Below the pieces are notes generated by a model that was not told the DNA's origin, did no database searches, and saw nothing but the letters and a program-made list of their open reading frames with translations. A program made the position numbers and the translations under genes. 64,000 nucleotides of DNA from NCBI GenBank assembly GCA_050011565.1, contig JBEKIW010000003.1:192001-256000 (forward strand), given 5' to 3'. Of this stretch, positions 10,336 to 19,436 are shown piece after piece. The stretch comes from Dehalococcoidia bacterium (GTDB lineage: Bacteria; Chloroflexota; Dehalococcoidia; GIF9; UBA5629). Every line of letters starts with the position of its first letter. Positions within the stretch are counted from its first letter, which is position 1.

Positions 10336-11376
10336 CTAAGACTTTGCCCCGGCGGACGAACCGGCGATATGCCGGCCGACAGCCTTGGCTACATGTTCCA
10401 GTTGGGACATCAGTTGCTGAAAATTAGTAAAGGTCAGCGACTGCGCGCCGTCTTTAAGTGCCAGGTCCGGATGAGGATGGACCTCGACCATTATGCCATC
10501 AGCCCCAGCAGCTACCGCGGCCAGAGCCATCGGAATCACCAAATACCACTTGCCGGTGCCGTGACTGGGGTCGGCGATAATCGGCAAATGACTTACTTTT
10601 TCGATTATCGGGATAACGCTTATGTCCATGGTGTTGCGGGTATAAGTTTCAAATGTTCTGATGCCCCGCTCGCAAAGTATAAGCTGCCCATTGCCTTGGG
10701 CCAGGATATATTCAGCAGCCAGCAGCCACTCCTGGACGGTGGCTGATAGCCCACGCTTTAACATCACGGGCTTACCGGTTTTGGCGACTTCTTCAAGAAG
10801 ACTGAAATTTTGCATATTGCGAGCCCCAATCTGGAGAATATCAGCGTATGCGGCAACAAGTTCTACGTCGCCGGTAGACATAACCTCGGTTATGACCGGC
10901 AGTCCAACGTCTTTCTTAACCCTGGCTAAAAGCTCTAACCCGGGCTCACCCAGGCCGCGGAATTGATAAGGCGAGGTGCTTGGCTTAAAGGCGCCGCCGC
11001 GTAGAATGTTCGCCCCGGCCGCTTTCACCGCGTTAGCTGTTTCGAAAATCTGCTGCTCGCTTTCCACAGCGCAAGGTCCCGCCATAACCACAATCTCTTT
11101 ACCACCGATGGTAATATCGCCAACCTTAACCGTAGTGTCCAACGGATGAAACTCACGGCTGCTGAGCTTATACGGTTTACTTACCCGAATAACTTCATCA
11201 ACGCCGTGAAGCATTTCCAGCATGTCTTGAAGTTCAGGGAAAATTTGGCCCACCACACCGATAATAGTCCGTTCCACGCCTTGGGAAACATGCGTCTTCA
11301 AGCCGGCGGACTCAATACGCTTAATTACTCCTTCGATTTCCTTATCGCTTGAGCCAACTTTCATAACTACTATCAT
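10336..11376 (-). CDS. aroF: 3-deoxy-7-phosphoheptulonate (DAHP) synthase, type I-beta with N-terminal regulatory domain
   Basis: AGPCAVES, QIGARNMQNF, LKRG, ERGIRTFE, DPSHGTG. Confidence 0.95.
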   Translation of the reverse strand: MIVVMKVGSSDKEIEGVIKRIESAGLKTHVSQGVERTIIGVVGQIFPELQDMLEMLHGVDEVIRVSKPYKLSSREFHPLDTTVKVGDITIGGKEIVVMAGPCAVESEQQIFETANAVKAAGANILRGGAFKPSTSPYQFRGLGEPGLELLARVKKDVGLPVITEVMSTGDVELVAAYADILQIGARNMQNFSLLEEVAKTGKPVMLKRGLSATVQEWLLAAEYILAQGNGQLILCERGIRTFETYTRNTMDISVIPIIEKVSHLPIIADPSHGTGKWYLVIPMALAAVAAGADGIMVEVHPHPDLALKDGAQSLTFTNFQQLMSQLEHVAKAVGRHIAGSSAGAKS

Positions 11377-11774
11377 TTTTTACCATCATCCTGCCAGATT
11401 CTTTCACCCTCGTCTCTAAGTGTCACGGCGCCGCCCAGATAGACGTGTACCATCTCCTCATTTCTCTTATCGGTGTTGAACAACACCAGTACTCTCAAAC
11501 AGCTCGGCAAACTCCCCGGCACATTCATTTCATGCCCGCACAACAACGGTACCTGCGTCCAACCCAGTTCCCTGGCAGCTGCCGCTGGAAACGCCGCATT
11601 GAGGTCGGATGTCGTAGTAAACAAAATACAGGCTATATCGCTGATTTTCACCTCATTGACTTTTATCATCTTCTGCAGCAACTCTTTGGTCGCAGCTCCT
11701 ATAGCCTCTTTCTTATTTTCCGGCACAGTAATAGCGCCTCTTATGCCACGGCACCACAATTTAGTTATCTCCAC
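11373..11774 (-). CDS. aroH: Chorismate mutase, AroH class
   Basis: RGIRGAITV, FTTTSDLNAAFPAAAAR, HVYLGGAVTLR. Confidence 0.93.
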   Translation of the reverse strand: MEITKLWCRGIRGAITVPENKKEAIGAATKELLQKMIKVNEVKISDIACILFTTTSDLNAAFPAAAARELGWTQVPLLCGHEMNVPGSLPSCLRVLVLFNTDKRNEEMVHVYLGGAVTLRDEGERIWQDDGKK

Positions 11775-11904
11775 CTATCTTTAGTAGGCTAATAGCCTAC
11801 TGCATTCCACCCTTCATCGTCAAGAGTTTCTTGCCTTAAGACCCAAAAGCGACTAAACTAATACGGTAAATTAATCGTTATGTTTTCAATAACGGAGGCC
11901 CATT

Positions 11905-12483
11905 GTGGATAATAGCCAGAAAATAGCTACTGCAATCAGCATATTCCTTGCCATCATCATACTGTGCGGCGGCTCGCTATTTCTCGGCTATATGCGTGGT
12001 TATCAGAAAGGCCATGCAGGCAGTTACACTCAAGCATATAGCCAGGGCAAGGATGAAGGTTATCAGGCTGGTTATCAATCCGGCTACCAGGCAGGATATA
12101 AACCCGGCACGGAACAGAAGACATCAGACGGATACATTCTTCAAAATCCCACGTACAAGGAAATGAAGACATTTCTAGCGCAAGACTCCACAAATGCCAA
12201 CAACTATGTGGAAGATCAATATGTCTGCGTAGACTTTGCGGCTGCAGTTAAGAATAACGCTGAGGCTAAAGGCATCCACTGCGCCGTCGTCGATATCTTC
12301 TACCCTGATGGCTACGGCCACACCATAGTAGCCTTCGACACTACTGACCGAGGTTTAATATACATTGAACCGCAGTTTGACCAGGAGGTAAAATTGGTTG
12401 TCGGTAGGAGTTACTCACAGCTTAATAACTTCACGGCCGCGCCCCGTGACGATACTATCAAACGATACCTGGTCGTCTGGTAG
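11905..12483 (+). CDS. Membrane-anchored hypothetical protein with GYxxG repeats and a putative transglutaminase/papain-like Cys-His-Glu domain
   Basis: N-terminal TM helix, GYQAGYQSGYQAGY, YVCVDFA...GHTIVAF...YIEPQ. Confidence 0.7.
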   Translation: MDNSQKIATAISIFLAIIILCGGSLFLGYMRGYQKGHAGSYTQAYSQGKDEGYQAGYQSGYQAGYKPGTEQKTSDGYILQNPTYKEMKTFLAQDSTNANNYVEDQYVCVDFAAAVKNNAEAKGIHCAVVDIFYPDGYGHTIVAFDTTDRGLIYIEPQFDQEVKLVVGRSYSQLNNFTAAPRDDTIKRYLVVW

Positions 12484-12608
12484 GCTCCATTTCATTTTGA
12501 CCCGAGAAACCGGCCCCACTTCGTAACATACCTGTTTTTATAGTCGAAACCCCCTTTTAAGCATTTTCAGTCTGTGGTAAAATAACCCAAAATACAGGGA
12601 GGTGGAAA

Positions 12609-13250
12609 ATGAAAGTTCGAGATGTCATGACCTGGAATGTGGTCACTGTGACCAGCGATATGCCTATAATGGAAGCCAGGAAAATCATGGACGCGCATGG
12701 TATTCGCCGTTTGCCAGTGGTTGACAGAGGAAAACTGGTCGGCATGGTAAGCAAAGAGCGCATCACCCGTACGGCTCCCTCACCGGCTACCAGCCTGAGT
12801 GTCTGGGAAATTAACTATCTCCTGGCAAAAATGACGGTCAAGGAAGTAATGTCCAAAGACCCGGTCACAGTCGACCCCGAAATGTCGGTAGAGGCTGCTA
12901 TTGCCCTGGCTCAGAAGAAAGGCGTCGGCGCGCTGCCCGTGGTGGAAAATAATAAGTTGGTAGGCATAGCCACAACCAACGATTTCTTCTACAAAATACT
13001 AAATCCGGTATTAGGAATCGGCAAGTCGGGCACGCGCATCGTTATCTCCAAGGGTGGCGATATCAAAGGCTTGCAAGAGATTTTGGATGCTGTCAAGAAG
13101 GCAGGCGCCAAAATAGTTTCATTCCACAACATGCCGCCGGTCGAAGGCAAGGAACAGGACGTGTGCCTACATCTTGATAAAGAAGATGTTAAGCAGCTTG
13201 TCAAAGACCTGGCAAACAAAGGTTACGCAACTGAGATAGTAGAACGGTAA
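12609..13250 (+). CDS. CBS-pair plus ACT-like protein (AcuB family)
   Basis: Two CBS domains with SPATSLSVWEINYLLAKMTV linker. Confidence 0.88.
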   Translation: MKVRDVMTWNVVTVTSDMPIMEARKIMDAHGIRRLPVVDRGKLVGMVSKERITRTAPSPATSLSVWEINYLLAKMTVKEVMSKDPVTVDPEMSVEAAIALAQKKGVGALPVVENNKLVGIATTNDFFYKILNPVLGIGKSGTRIVISKGGDIKGLQEILDAVKKAGAKIVSFHNMPPVEGKEQDVCLHLDKEDVKQLVKDLANKGYATEIVER

Positions 13251-13289
13251 AGCTATATAGTTCTGTTCTAAAAATATGAACATCTCAAC

Positions 13290-13329
13290 GATATCAAGCT
13301 GCCTGGTTGAATTTAGGCAGCTTGATGTC
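13290..13329. terminator. Hairpin, probable terminator after the acuB-like gene
   Basis: gatatcaagctgcct...aggcagcttgatgtc inverted repeat. Confidence 0.55.
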
Positions 13330-13358
13330 ATTTATTCAGTGCCCAAGAGGAGCACGTA

Positions 13359-14081
13359 ATGCTGCTAGCCGATATCGCTCTTATTGTAGGTGCTTACCTG
13401 TTGGGCTCGCTGCCTTATATGATTCTTCTCGGTCGTGCTCGTGGTATTGAACTGTCGCACGAAGAGGACCTGCACATGGCACTATGGAGTAAAGCAGGCC
13501 GCCTCTATGGTTTATCTGGTATAGTCGTTGATGCACTTAAAGGGGCTGTTCCCATAATCGTCGGCTTTTCCCTTCATCTTCACCTGGCTGCGATTGCTGC
13601 CTCGGGAGTGGCTGCCGTTGTCGGGCAGATGTGGCCAGTGTTTCGAAAATTCGACGGTGAAAAAGGTAACACCACGGGTATCGGTTTTGTTATCGCTCTC
13701 ACCTCGTATCTGACAGCGACCATTTCTCCACTTGCCTACGTAGTCTTCATTATCTTCGCCATCCTTATACTTATAGGTGCCGGTATCAGGACACTTCCAC
13801 GATTTATTGCACCGGGTCAAACAATGAACGAACGCCTGATGCTTGGCGGCCCAATTAGCAACAGCATGCCGCTGGGTATGCTTACCGCCTTTGCCGTGGC
13901 ACCATTAGCCTCCGTGTGCCTGAGACAACCAGCGGAGATGACCTGGTCTTTCCTGGCAGTCTTCGTCGTAATAATAATACGTCGTCTCACCGCGGGACTG
14001 AGCAAAGACCTCAAAACACCTACTATCAGCGTAGGCACTATATTACTAAACCGCTTTCTCTATGACCGCAGCTACTTCTAA
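13359..14081 (+). CDS. Glycerol-3-phosphate acyltransferase PlsY-like membrane protein (divergent)
   Basis: YLLGSLP, DALKG, GQMWPVFRKFDGEKG; lacks the canonical GSGNxG loop. Confidence 0.8.
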   Translation: MLLADIALIVGAYLLGSLPYMILLGRARGIELSHEEDLHMALWSKAGRLYGLSGIVVDALKGAVPIIVGFSLHLHLAAIAASGVAAVVGQMWPVFRKFDGEKGNTTGIGFVIALTSYLTATISPLAYVVFIIFAILILIGAGIRTLPRFIAPGQTMNERLMLGGPISNSMPLGMLTAFAVAPLASVCLRQPAEMTWSFLAVFVVIIIRRLTAGLSKDLKTPTISVGTILLNRFLYDRSYF

Positions 14082-14132
14082 GCTTAGCCTTAGTATATGT
14101 CAAATCAACATCTAAAAAATGAGACAATGTAT

Positions 14133-14200
14133 GTCATTGCGAGGCACGAAGTGCCGTGGCAATCTCGGTGGTGAGGCGGTAAAGGTGAGATTGTTTCGCT
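14133..14200. repeat. Intergenic palindromic repeat of the GTCATTGCGAG...GCAATCTC...GAGATTG type
   Basis: Nested hairpins between convergent genes; a degenerate relative occurs near 34476-34530. Confidence 0.55.
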
Positions 14201-14216
14201 TGAAACGACGGAATAT

Positions 14217-15620
14217 TTATCTATCCAGCCGCTTCAGTATCTCCCGGGCAACCACCACGCCGCAAGCCGAGGCCTGTATTAGTCCGCGGCTGACACCGGC
14301 ACCATCGCCGGCAGCAAACATATTGCCGATTTCCGTTTCCAGGCACGGGCTTAGCTCCAGCTGGCAGGAATAGAACTTGACCTCGGCACCATAAAGCAGG
14401 GTATGCCGGGATGCCACCCCGGGCGCCAGCTTATCCATTGCTTGAAGCATCTCAACTATTCCCTTAAGATGACGAAACGGCAGAGCAAAGCTCAGGTCTC
14501 CCGGTGTTGCCGCTTTAAGAGTAGGCTCAACGATACTGTGCTGAATACGCTCCGGCGTTGAGCGGTGCCCCTCCATCAGGTCGCCGAAGCGCTGCACCAG
14601 CACGCCCCCGCTGAGAATATTCGCCAGTCGCGCCAGATATTTCCCGTAAGCAATAGGCTCATGAAACGGCTCGGTAAACATGGTGCTCACCAGTATGGCA
14701 AAATTTGTATTTCCGGTCTTGCGTTCGGCGTAACTATTGCCGTTTACTGTAATCACCGAATCAGCACCGCCGGTAGCCTCCATAATCACCTCACCGCCAG
14801 GGCACATACAAAACGTCCTTATCCGGTCATTAAAACTTCTGGAGAAAAATTCAAGCTTGGCTTCATATAGCACCGAGGTCAACTCGTCAAGCACCGGCGC
14901 CGGCACTTCTACTCGGACGCCGACATCTATAGGATTGGACTTCATGCTCAGCTTAAGCCGGCTGGCTTCATTTGTCAGCCACTCAGCACCTTCTCTTCCC
15001 GGCGCCAGGACAAGATACCGGCACCCCAACCGCTCACCGCGATTCGTCTCCACCCCGGCCACCACTCCGTTATCAACTATTATGCTCTCCGCCACCTCAC
15101 CCAACCTCAGTTCAACCCGACCGAAAATGAAATCTCGCATGGCTTTGAGCACCTGACGGGACCGTTCCGTCCCTATATGACGCAGCTTCACCGGAATTAA
15201 CTTCAATTCCGCCAGAATAGCCCTTCGTCTAAATTCATCTACCTCCTCGCCGACACCGTAAATCTTATCGGTAGCTCCAAACTTCAGGTAAAGGCTGTCG
15301 ACATAGTCGATAAGCTCCTGCACCTGGCTGTTACCCAGTAATTCGCCCAAACGCCCGCCTACTGCCGGTGACAAAGTCAGCTTACCATCGCTGAAGGCTC
15401 CGGCACCGCCGAGCCCGCTAACCATGTGACACGGTGTGCAAGATGAGCAGTTCTGGCCTTTTTCTTGAAGCGGACACCTGCGGTCATCGATATCTTTGCC
15501 CTTTTCTAGAATAAGTATGTTAACGCCAGCTGATTGGCACAACTCAAGCGCGGCAAAGATACCTGCCGGCCCGCCGCCAACGATAATGACATCGTACTTT
15601 TGAGGGTTTTGCGAAATCAT
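14217..15620 (-). CDS. NAD(P)/FAD-dependent oxidoreductase
   Basis: GGGPAG, GLGGAGAFSDGKL, RTFCMCPGG, AGDGAG. Confidence 0.9.
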   Translation of the reverse strand: MISQNPQKYDVIIVGGGPAGIFAALELCQSAGVNILILEKGKDIDDRRCPLQEKGQNCSSCTPCHMVSGLGGAGAFSDGKLTLSPAVGGRLGELLGNSQVQELIDYVDSLYLKFGATDKIYGVGEEVDEFRRRAILAELKLIPVKLRHIGTERSRQVLKAMRDFIFGRVELRLGEVAESIIVDNGVVAGVETNRGERLGCRYLVLAPGREGAEWLTNEASRLKLSMKSNPIDVGVRVEVPAPVLDELTSVLYEAKLEFFSRSFNDRIRTFCMCPGGEVIMEATGGADSVITVNGNSYAERKTGNTNFAILVSTMFTEPFHEPIAYGKYLARLANILSGGVLVQRFGDLMEGHRSTPERIQHSIVEPTLKAATPGDLSFALPFRHLKGIVEMLQAMDKLAPGVASRHTLLYGAEVKFYSCQLELSPCLETEIGNMFAAGDGAGVSRGLIQASACGVVVAREILKRLDR

Positions 15621-15638
15621 GGCTTTTGCCGTCCTGCC

Positions 15639-16622
15639 CTAACCGCGGGGCCGCCTTTCAGCCAGCTGCCGCGACCATGTAGCCAGCAAAGTCCGCGGCC
15701 GCAGTATTTCATCAGCCGCTGAATAAGGGTCGACTTCGCCGGCTTCTACCATCGCCATATGCCGGCTCAACTCCTCATCGCCTTCCACCATCTTCAACAG
15801 TTCATCAGAAACTCTGCGTTCCACGATTTCCAGAAATTCACGGCGGCGCTGTTCCTGCCTGCGCTGCGGTAAGCGTCCCGTCTCTTCCAGGGCTCGGCGA
15901 TGATTTTTTATCTGGCAGTAAAGTTCATCAATGCCGATATTATTTACGGCTTCGGTGGCTATCACCGGCACCTGCCACCAGGTCTCCTCGGGACGAAGCT
16001 GCACCATCATCCTGAGTTCAGCCACCAGATTATCGGCCCCCGGCCGGTCAGCCTTATTTACCACAAAAATATCAGCAATCTCAAACAAACCCGCCTTCAT
16101 TGTCTGAATTGTATCGCCCGCCTCCGGGACCAATGCCACCACCACTGTATCTGCATTCTCCATAATGTCCAATTCAGTCTGTCCCACACCCACCGTCTCC
16201 ACCAGGATGAAATCTTTTCCGAACGCATCCAGCAATTTAATCACGCCACCGGTGCCATGTGGTAGGCCGCCATGGCTGCCGCGGGTGGCCATACTTCGAA
16301 TAAATACGCCTTCATCCAGGTAATGCTGCTGCATTCTTATCCTGTCCCCGAGCACGGCACCACCCGTAAACGGACTGGTGGGGTCAGCGGCAACTATACC
16401 CACGCTTAAATTATCGGACCGCATCTGTGCTGTCAACCGGTCAACGATGGTGCTCTTTCCCGACCCGGGAGGTCCGGTTACGCCCACGCAATAGGCTTTA
16501 CCCAGGTGAGGGCATATCTGCTTCATTATCTGCGGTACATCAGCGCCGTCTTTTTCCACCCTCGTAATCAGCCGTGCTAAAGACAGCACATTTCCAGCAA
16601 GCATTTCTTCAACCAGCTTCAT
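15639..16622 (-). CDS. meaB: MeaB/ArgK family GTPase (methylmalonyl-CoA mutase-associated)
   Basis: GPPGSGKST, DPTSPFTGGAVLGDRIRM, ETVGVGQ, VNKAD. Confidence 0.93.
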   Translation of the reverse strand: MKLVEEMLAGNVLSLARLITRVEKDGADVPQIMKQICPHLGKAYCVGVTGPPGSGKSTIVDRLTAQMRSDNLSVGIVAADPTSPFTGGAVLGDRIRMQQHYLDEGVFIRSMATRGSHGGLPHGTGGVIKLLDAFGKDFILVETVGVGQTELDIMENADTVVVALVPEAGDTIQTMKAGLFEIADIFVVNKADRPGADNLVAELRMMVQLRPEETWWQVPVIATEAVNNIGIDELYCQIKNHRRALEETGRLPQRRQEQRRREFLEIVERRVSDELLKMVEGDEELSRHMAMVEAGEVDPYSAADEILRPRTLLATWSRQLAERRPRG

Positions 16623-16794
16623 TGCCAAAACTTTTTTCTGTCTCTTTGATTCAGCGGCCGCCACATTCAACATTCTATAAATTAACCCCTACTACGTCAA
16701 GAAGGTGAAAGAGGCTCAAACCGCTACAAACCGCATTGACAACTACATATAGTCCTGCTACACTGAAAATAAGTTTATTCGGAGAAGGTGACTA

Positions 16795-17493
16795 ATGCCA
16801 AAAGAACGCCCAAAAATAAAAGTGTTAATAGCCGACCAGCAACCCCTGTTCCGGCAGGGCGTGCGCGCCTCTCTAAATCAAATAGCTGATGTAGAAATCT
16901 GCGGTGAAGTTACTTCCGGCAACGACCTTATTTCAGCCATAAGCACTTTGTACCCTGATGTCGTTCTCCTCGATATCGAGCTGTCCCATACCGACGATAT
17001 GGATTTAGCCAAAGCCGTCAAGCAGCTATTACCCAGCGCCGCCGTAATACTCCTTTCACCGCAACCCAACGATGATGAGCTCTTCCAGGCAATTAAATCC
17101 CGGGTAGCAGGCTATGTCAGGCGCGATGTCTCCTCGAATGAACTGCTGACGCTAATCCGCAGGGCTGCTGCCGGCGAACACCCTATTAACGATACTTTTT
17201 TGTCGCAGCCTAAGGTAGCCCACCAGGTATTGGAACAATTTCAAAACTTCTCCTGGGGAAAAGGCGCCGAGTCCTTTGTTTCACCTCTGACCCCCAGGGA
17301 AACTGAAATACTCACCTACATGGCCCAGGGTTTCTTCAACAAGCAAATCGCCATCGAACTCAGTATCAGCGAACAGACCATTAAAAACCACATAACCTCC
17401 ATCCTGCGCAAACTGGATGCCAATGCCCGCACCCAGGCGGTAATCACCGCACTGAAACGAGGCTTCATCACCCTGGACAAAGATGTTAAGTAG
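16795..17493 (+). CDS. NarL/LuxR family response regulator (no adjacent kinase)
   Basis: REC domain plus LTPRETEIL...ISEQTIKNH HTH; TTGACA-17-TACACT promoter upstream. Confidence 0.93.
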   Translation: MPKERPKIKVLIADQQPLFRQGVRASLNQIADVEICGEVTSGNDLISAISTLYPDVVLLDIELSHTDDMDLAKAVKQLLPSAAVILLSPQPNDDELFQAIKSRVAGYVRRDVSSNELLTLIRRAAAGEHPINDTFLSQPKVAHQVLEQFQNFSWGKGAESFVSPLTPRETEILTYMAQGFFNKQIAIELSISEQTIKNHITSILRKLDANARTQAVITALKRGFITLDKDVK

Positions 17494-17593
17494 CCACTGT
17501 AGGCGAATGCCGCGTGGAACAATATTATCGCATCACACCATCCACAAATATATGATGTTATGCTTCCATCTGCAACCCCCGTCGAGAAACAGC

Positions 17594-18793
17594 TCAGGTG
17601 GCTCCGAGGATGAGTTTGTGCTGGTAGCGGGCTTGCTTGGGGCTATACTCGAACCGAATCCCGACCACTCTGAACTTGACGGCTGACTGGTTGGCTCCGG
17701 AATCCGATATTTGCACCACATCGAAAAGCTCCTGGCCACAGTTCGGCGGTATGAGTATGACCCCCCTCTTTCCCATAAGCCTTATTTTGGAGAGGACGGC
17801 TGAGGCTACATCTGCTGCCTGAGCGGTGGTGGGGATGGCAGGGTCTGGCTGGAAGTCCAACCTCTCTCCCACCAGTCCTATCTCGGTTGAGTCCTGGGCT
17901 TCTCCCCATACCGGGTTGCCATACCGGTCTCTGCCTATAACGAACATTCTGTTCTTTTCTGGCGTCTCGGTGGCATAATTTCCGTCAAGTATGACATGCC
18001 AGACATACTTGAGGAGGGTAGGTGTGCCGATGGCTACCGGCTGGATGGTGCTCTGCGGTTTGATTAAGCCAAGGATGCCGACCCACGGCATGCCAACAGA
18101 TATAGACTGAATGATGCTTGATGGAGATATGGTCTGGCGGTAACGAAGTGATGGCGTACCAATGGCTACGACCTGGAGAATGCTTGACGGCTGGATGATA
18201 AGAGCTGAGGTCAGGACCGTGGGCGTGCCGTAGACCAACGCCTGCAGTATGCTTGATGGCTTAATGGAGAGGTTTAGCTTGGGCGAGCCATAGCTTACGA
18301 GCTGGCTGATGCTTGACGGGGTGAGGACAAGGATGCCATAGGCTGAGTAGGATATGTATATGCCAGAGTAATCGGTCCAAGACATATCACCGCCGTTTTC
18401 AGGCAGGCCTTCAGCAAAGGTTTTTGTGTAGCTGAATTTGTATGATCTTCCCACCTCATTGTCGTATTTTACTGTGTTAGCAGCACTTTGTAGTACAACT
18501 AACCAATAAAGAGTGTTATTGGTTACCTCGCATTCTGCAGAAAGGTCGATGTCATTCCATTGCCCGCCGATGACGGGTGTGCTGGCATTCTGAACTCCGA
18601 TGCGTGTCCCAGGAAGACCGGCTGCGTCGGTATAAATGCCGACTTTTGCATTGGTGTTGGCGGCCGCATAAAAGCGAATCTTCTGGACTTTACCTGTCCC
18701 GGTGGCAGCCCAGCGGGTGGCAGCGGTGTGATTAACACCGCCGCCGGTCAATGTCCCAACGGAGTCAGTTCCAACTAGTTTACCTGTCGCCAT
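17594..18793 (-). CDS. Phage-type tail/baseplate-associated protein: beta-rich N-domain, five ~21-aa IxPSSIxQ..GTP repeats, hub-like C-domain
   Basis: Repeats are visible in the translation; C-terminus PPNCGQELFDVVQISD...RVVGIRFEY resembles the end of phage tail proteins. Confidence 0.65.
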   Translation of the reverse strand: MATGKLVGTDSVGTLTGGGVNHTAATRWAATGTGKVQKIRFYAAANTNAKVGIYTDAAGLPGTRIGVQNASTPVIGGQWNDIDLSAECEVTNNTLYWLVVLQSAANTVKYDNEVGRSYKFSYTKTFAEGLPENGGDMSWTDYSGIYISYSAYGILVLTPSSISQLVSYGSPKLNLSIKPSSILQALVYGTPTVLTSALIIQPSSILQVVAIGTPSLRYRQTISPSSIIQSISVGMPWVGILGLIKPQSTIQPVAIGTPTLLKYVWHVILDGNYATETPEKNRMFVIGRDRYGNPVWGEAQDSTEIGLVGERLDFQPDPAIPTTAQAADVASAVLSKIRLMGKRGVILIPPNCGQELFDVVQISDSGANQSAVKFRVVGIRFEYSPKQARYQHKLILGAT

Positions 18794-18825
18794 GTTTCAC
18801 CATTGATTACAGCGATTCACCGGGG

Positions 18826-19236
18826 CTAAGAGAGGCGGAAGATTTTGTCGGCACCGCTGGGCCACTGGATGGTGATGTCCGAGCCGTTGGGCGTGCAGGG
18901 CAGGCCGGTAGCCGTGTCAATGAGCAATATTAGCCGACTGGTACCCTCTACCCCGGTGTGCTTGTAGAGCGCCAGATATTCGAACTGGTCTCCTGAGACG
19001 CTAGCTACTACGATATCATCGGCATCGAAGACGCCGTCGGTGACGGTCTTGCTCTGCAGCGCGCCGGTGACGGCTACCCTGGCTGCTGAGGGGATATCGT
19101 CGAGGTTATCGTGAGTTGACAGGTTGGGGGTGTAGTCAGCGCCGTCCACCAGCACGACTCTGATATCGTCCGTGTCCAGGTCGATGCTGCCGTCTATGAG
19201 ACCCTGCTTGGCTTTGGTATAGAGTGCGTTGGCCAT
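18826..19236 (-). CDS. Phage-type minor tail/structural protein
   Basis: IDLDTDDIRVVLVD...VFDADD...LILLID...PNGSDITIQW pattern typical of small phage tail proteins; GGAGG RBS. Confidence 0.72.
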   Translation of the reverse strand: MANALYTKAKQGLIDGSIDLDTDDIRVVLVDGADYTPNLSTHDNLDDIPSAARVAVTGALQSKTVTDGVFDADDIVVASVSGDQFEYLALYKHTGVEGTSRLILLIDTATGLPCTPNGSDITIQWPSGADKIFRLS

Positions 19237-19276
19237 GATTGTCCTTTAAACCTCCTTCCTTTTTTTAGTAATACAT

Positions 19277-19436
19277 TTTGTAATGTAGTTTATTGACCTC
19301 ACCCCCTTTGTCCCCCTCTCCTACCCCATATCCCAGTGGGAATAAATCCTCACTGGATGCCTACCCACCCTGCCTCCCGAGGAGAGGGGGAATGATTTTT
19401 TATTAAGAGGGGCTGTGCCCCTCTTAAACTCCCCTT
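19277..19436. repeat. Intergenic multi-hairpin repeat (CCCCTCTCC...GGAGAGGGG type)
   Basis: ccccctctcc/ggagaggggg, ccagtg/cactgg and ttaagagggg/cccctcttaa inverted repeats; short relative near 25104-25143. Confidence 0.6.
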
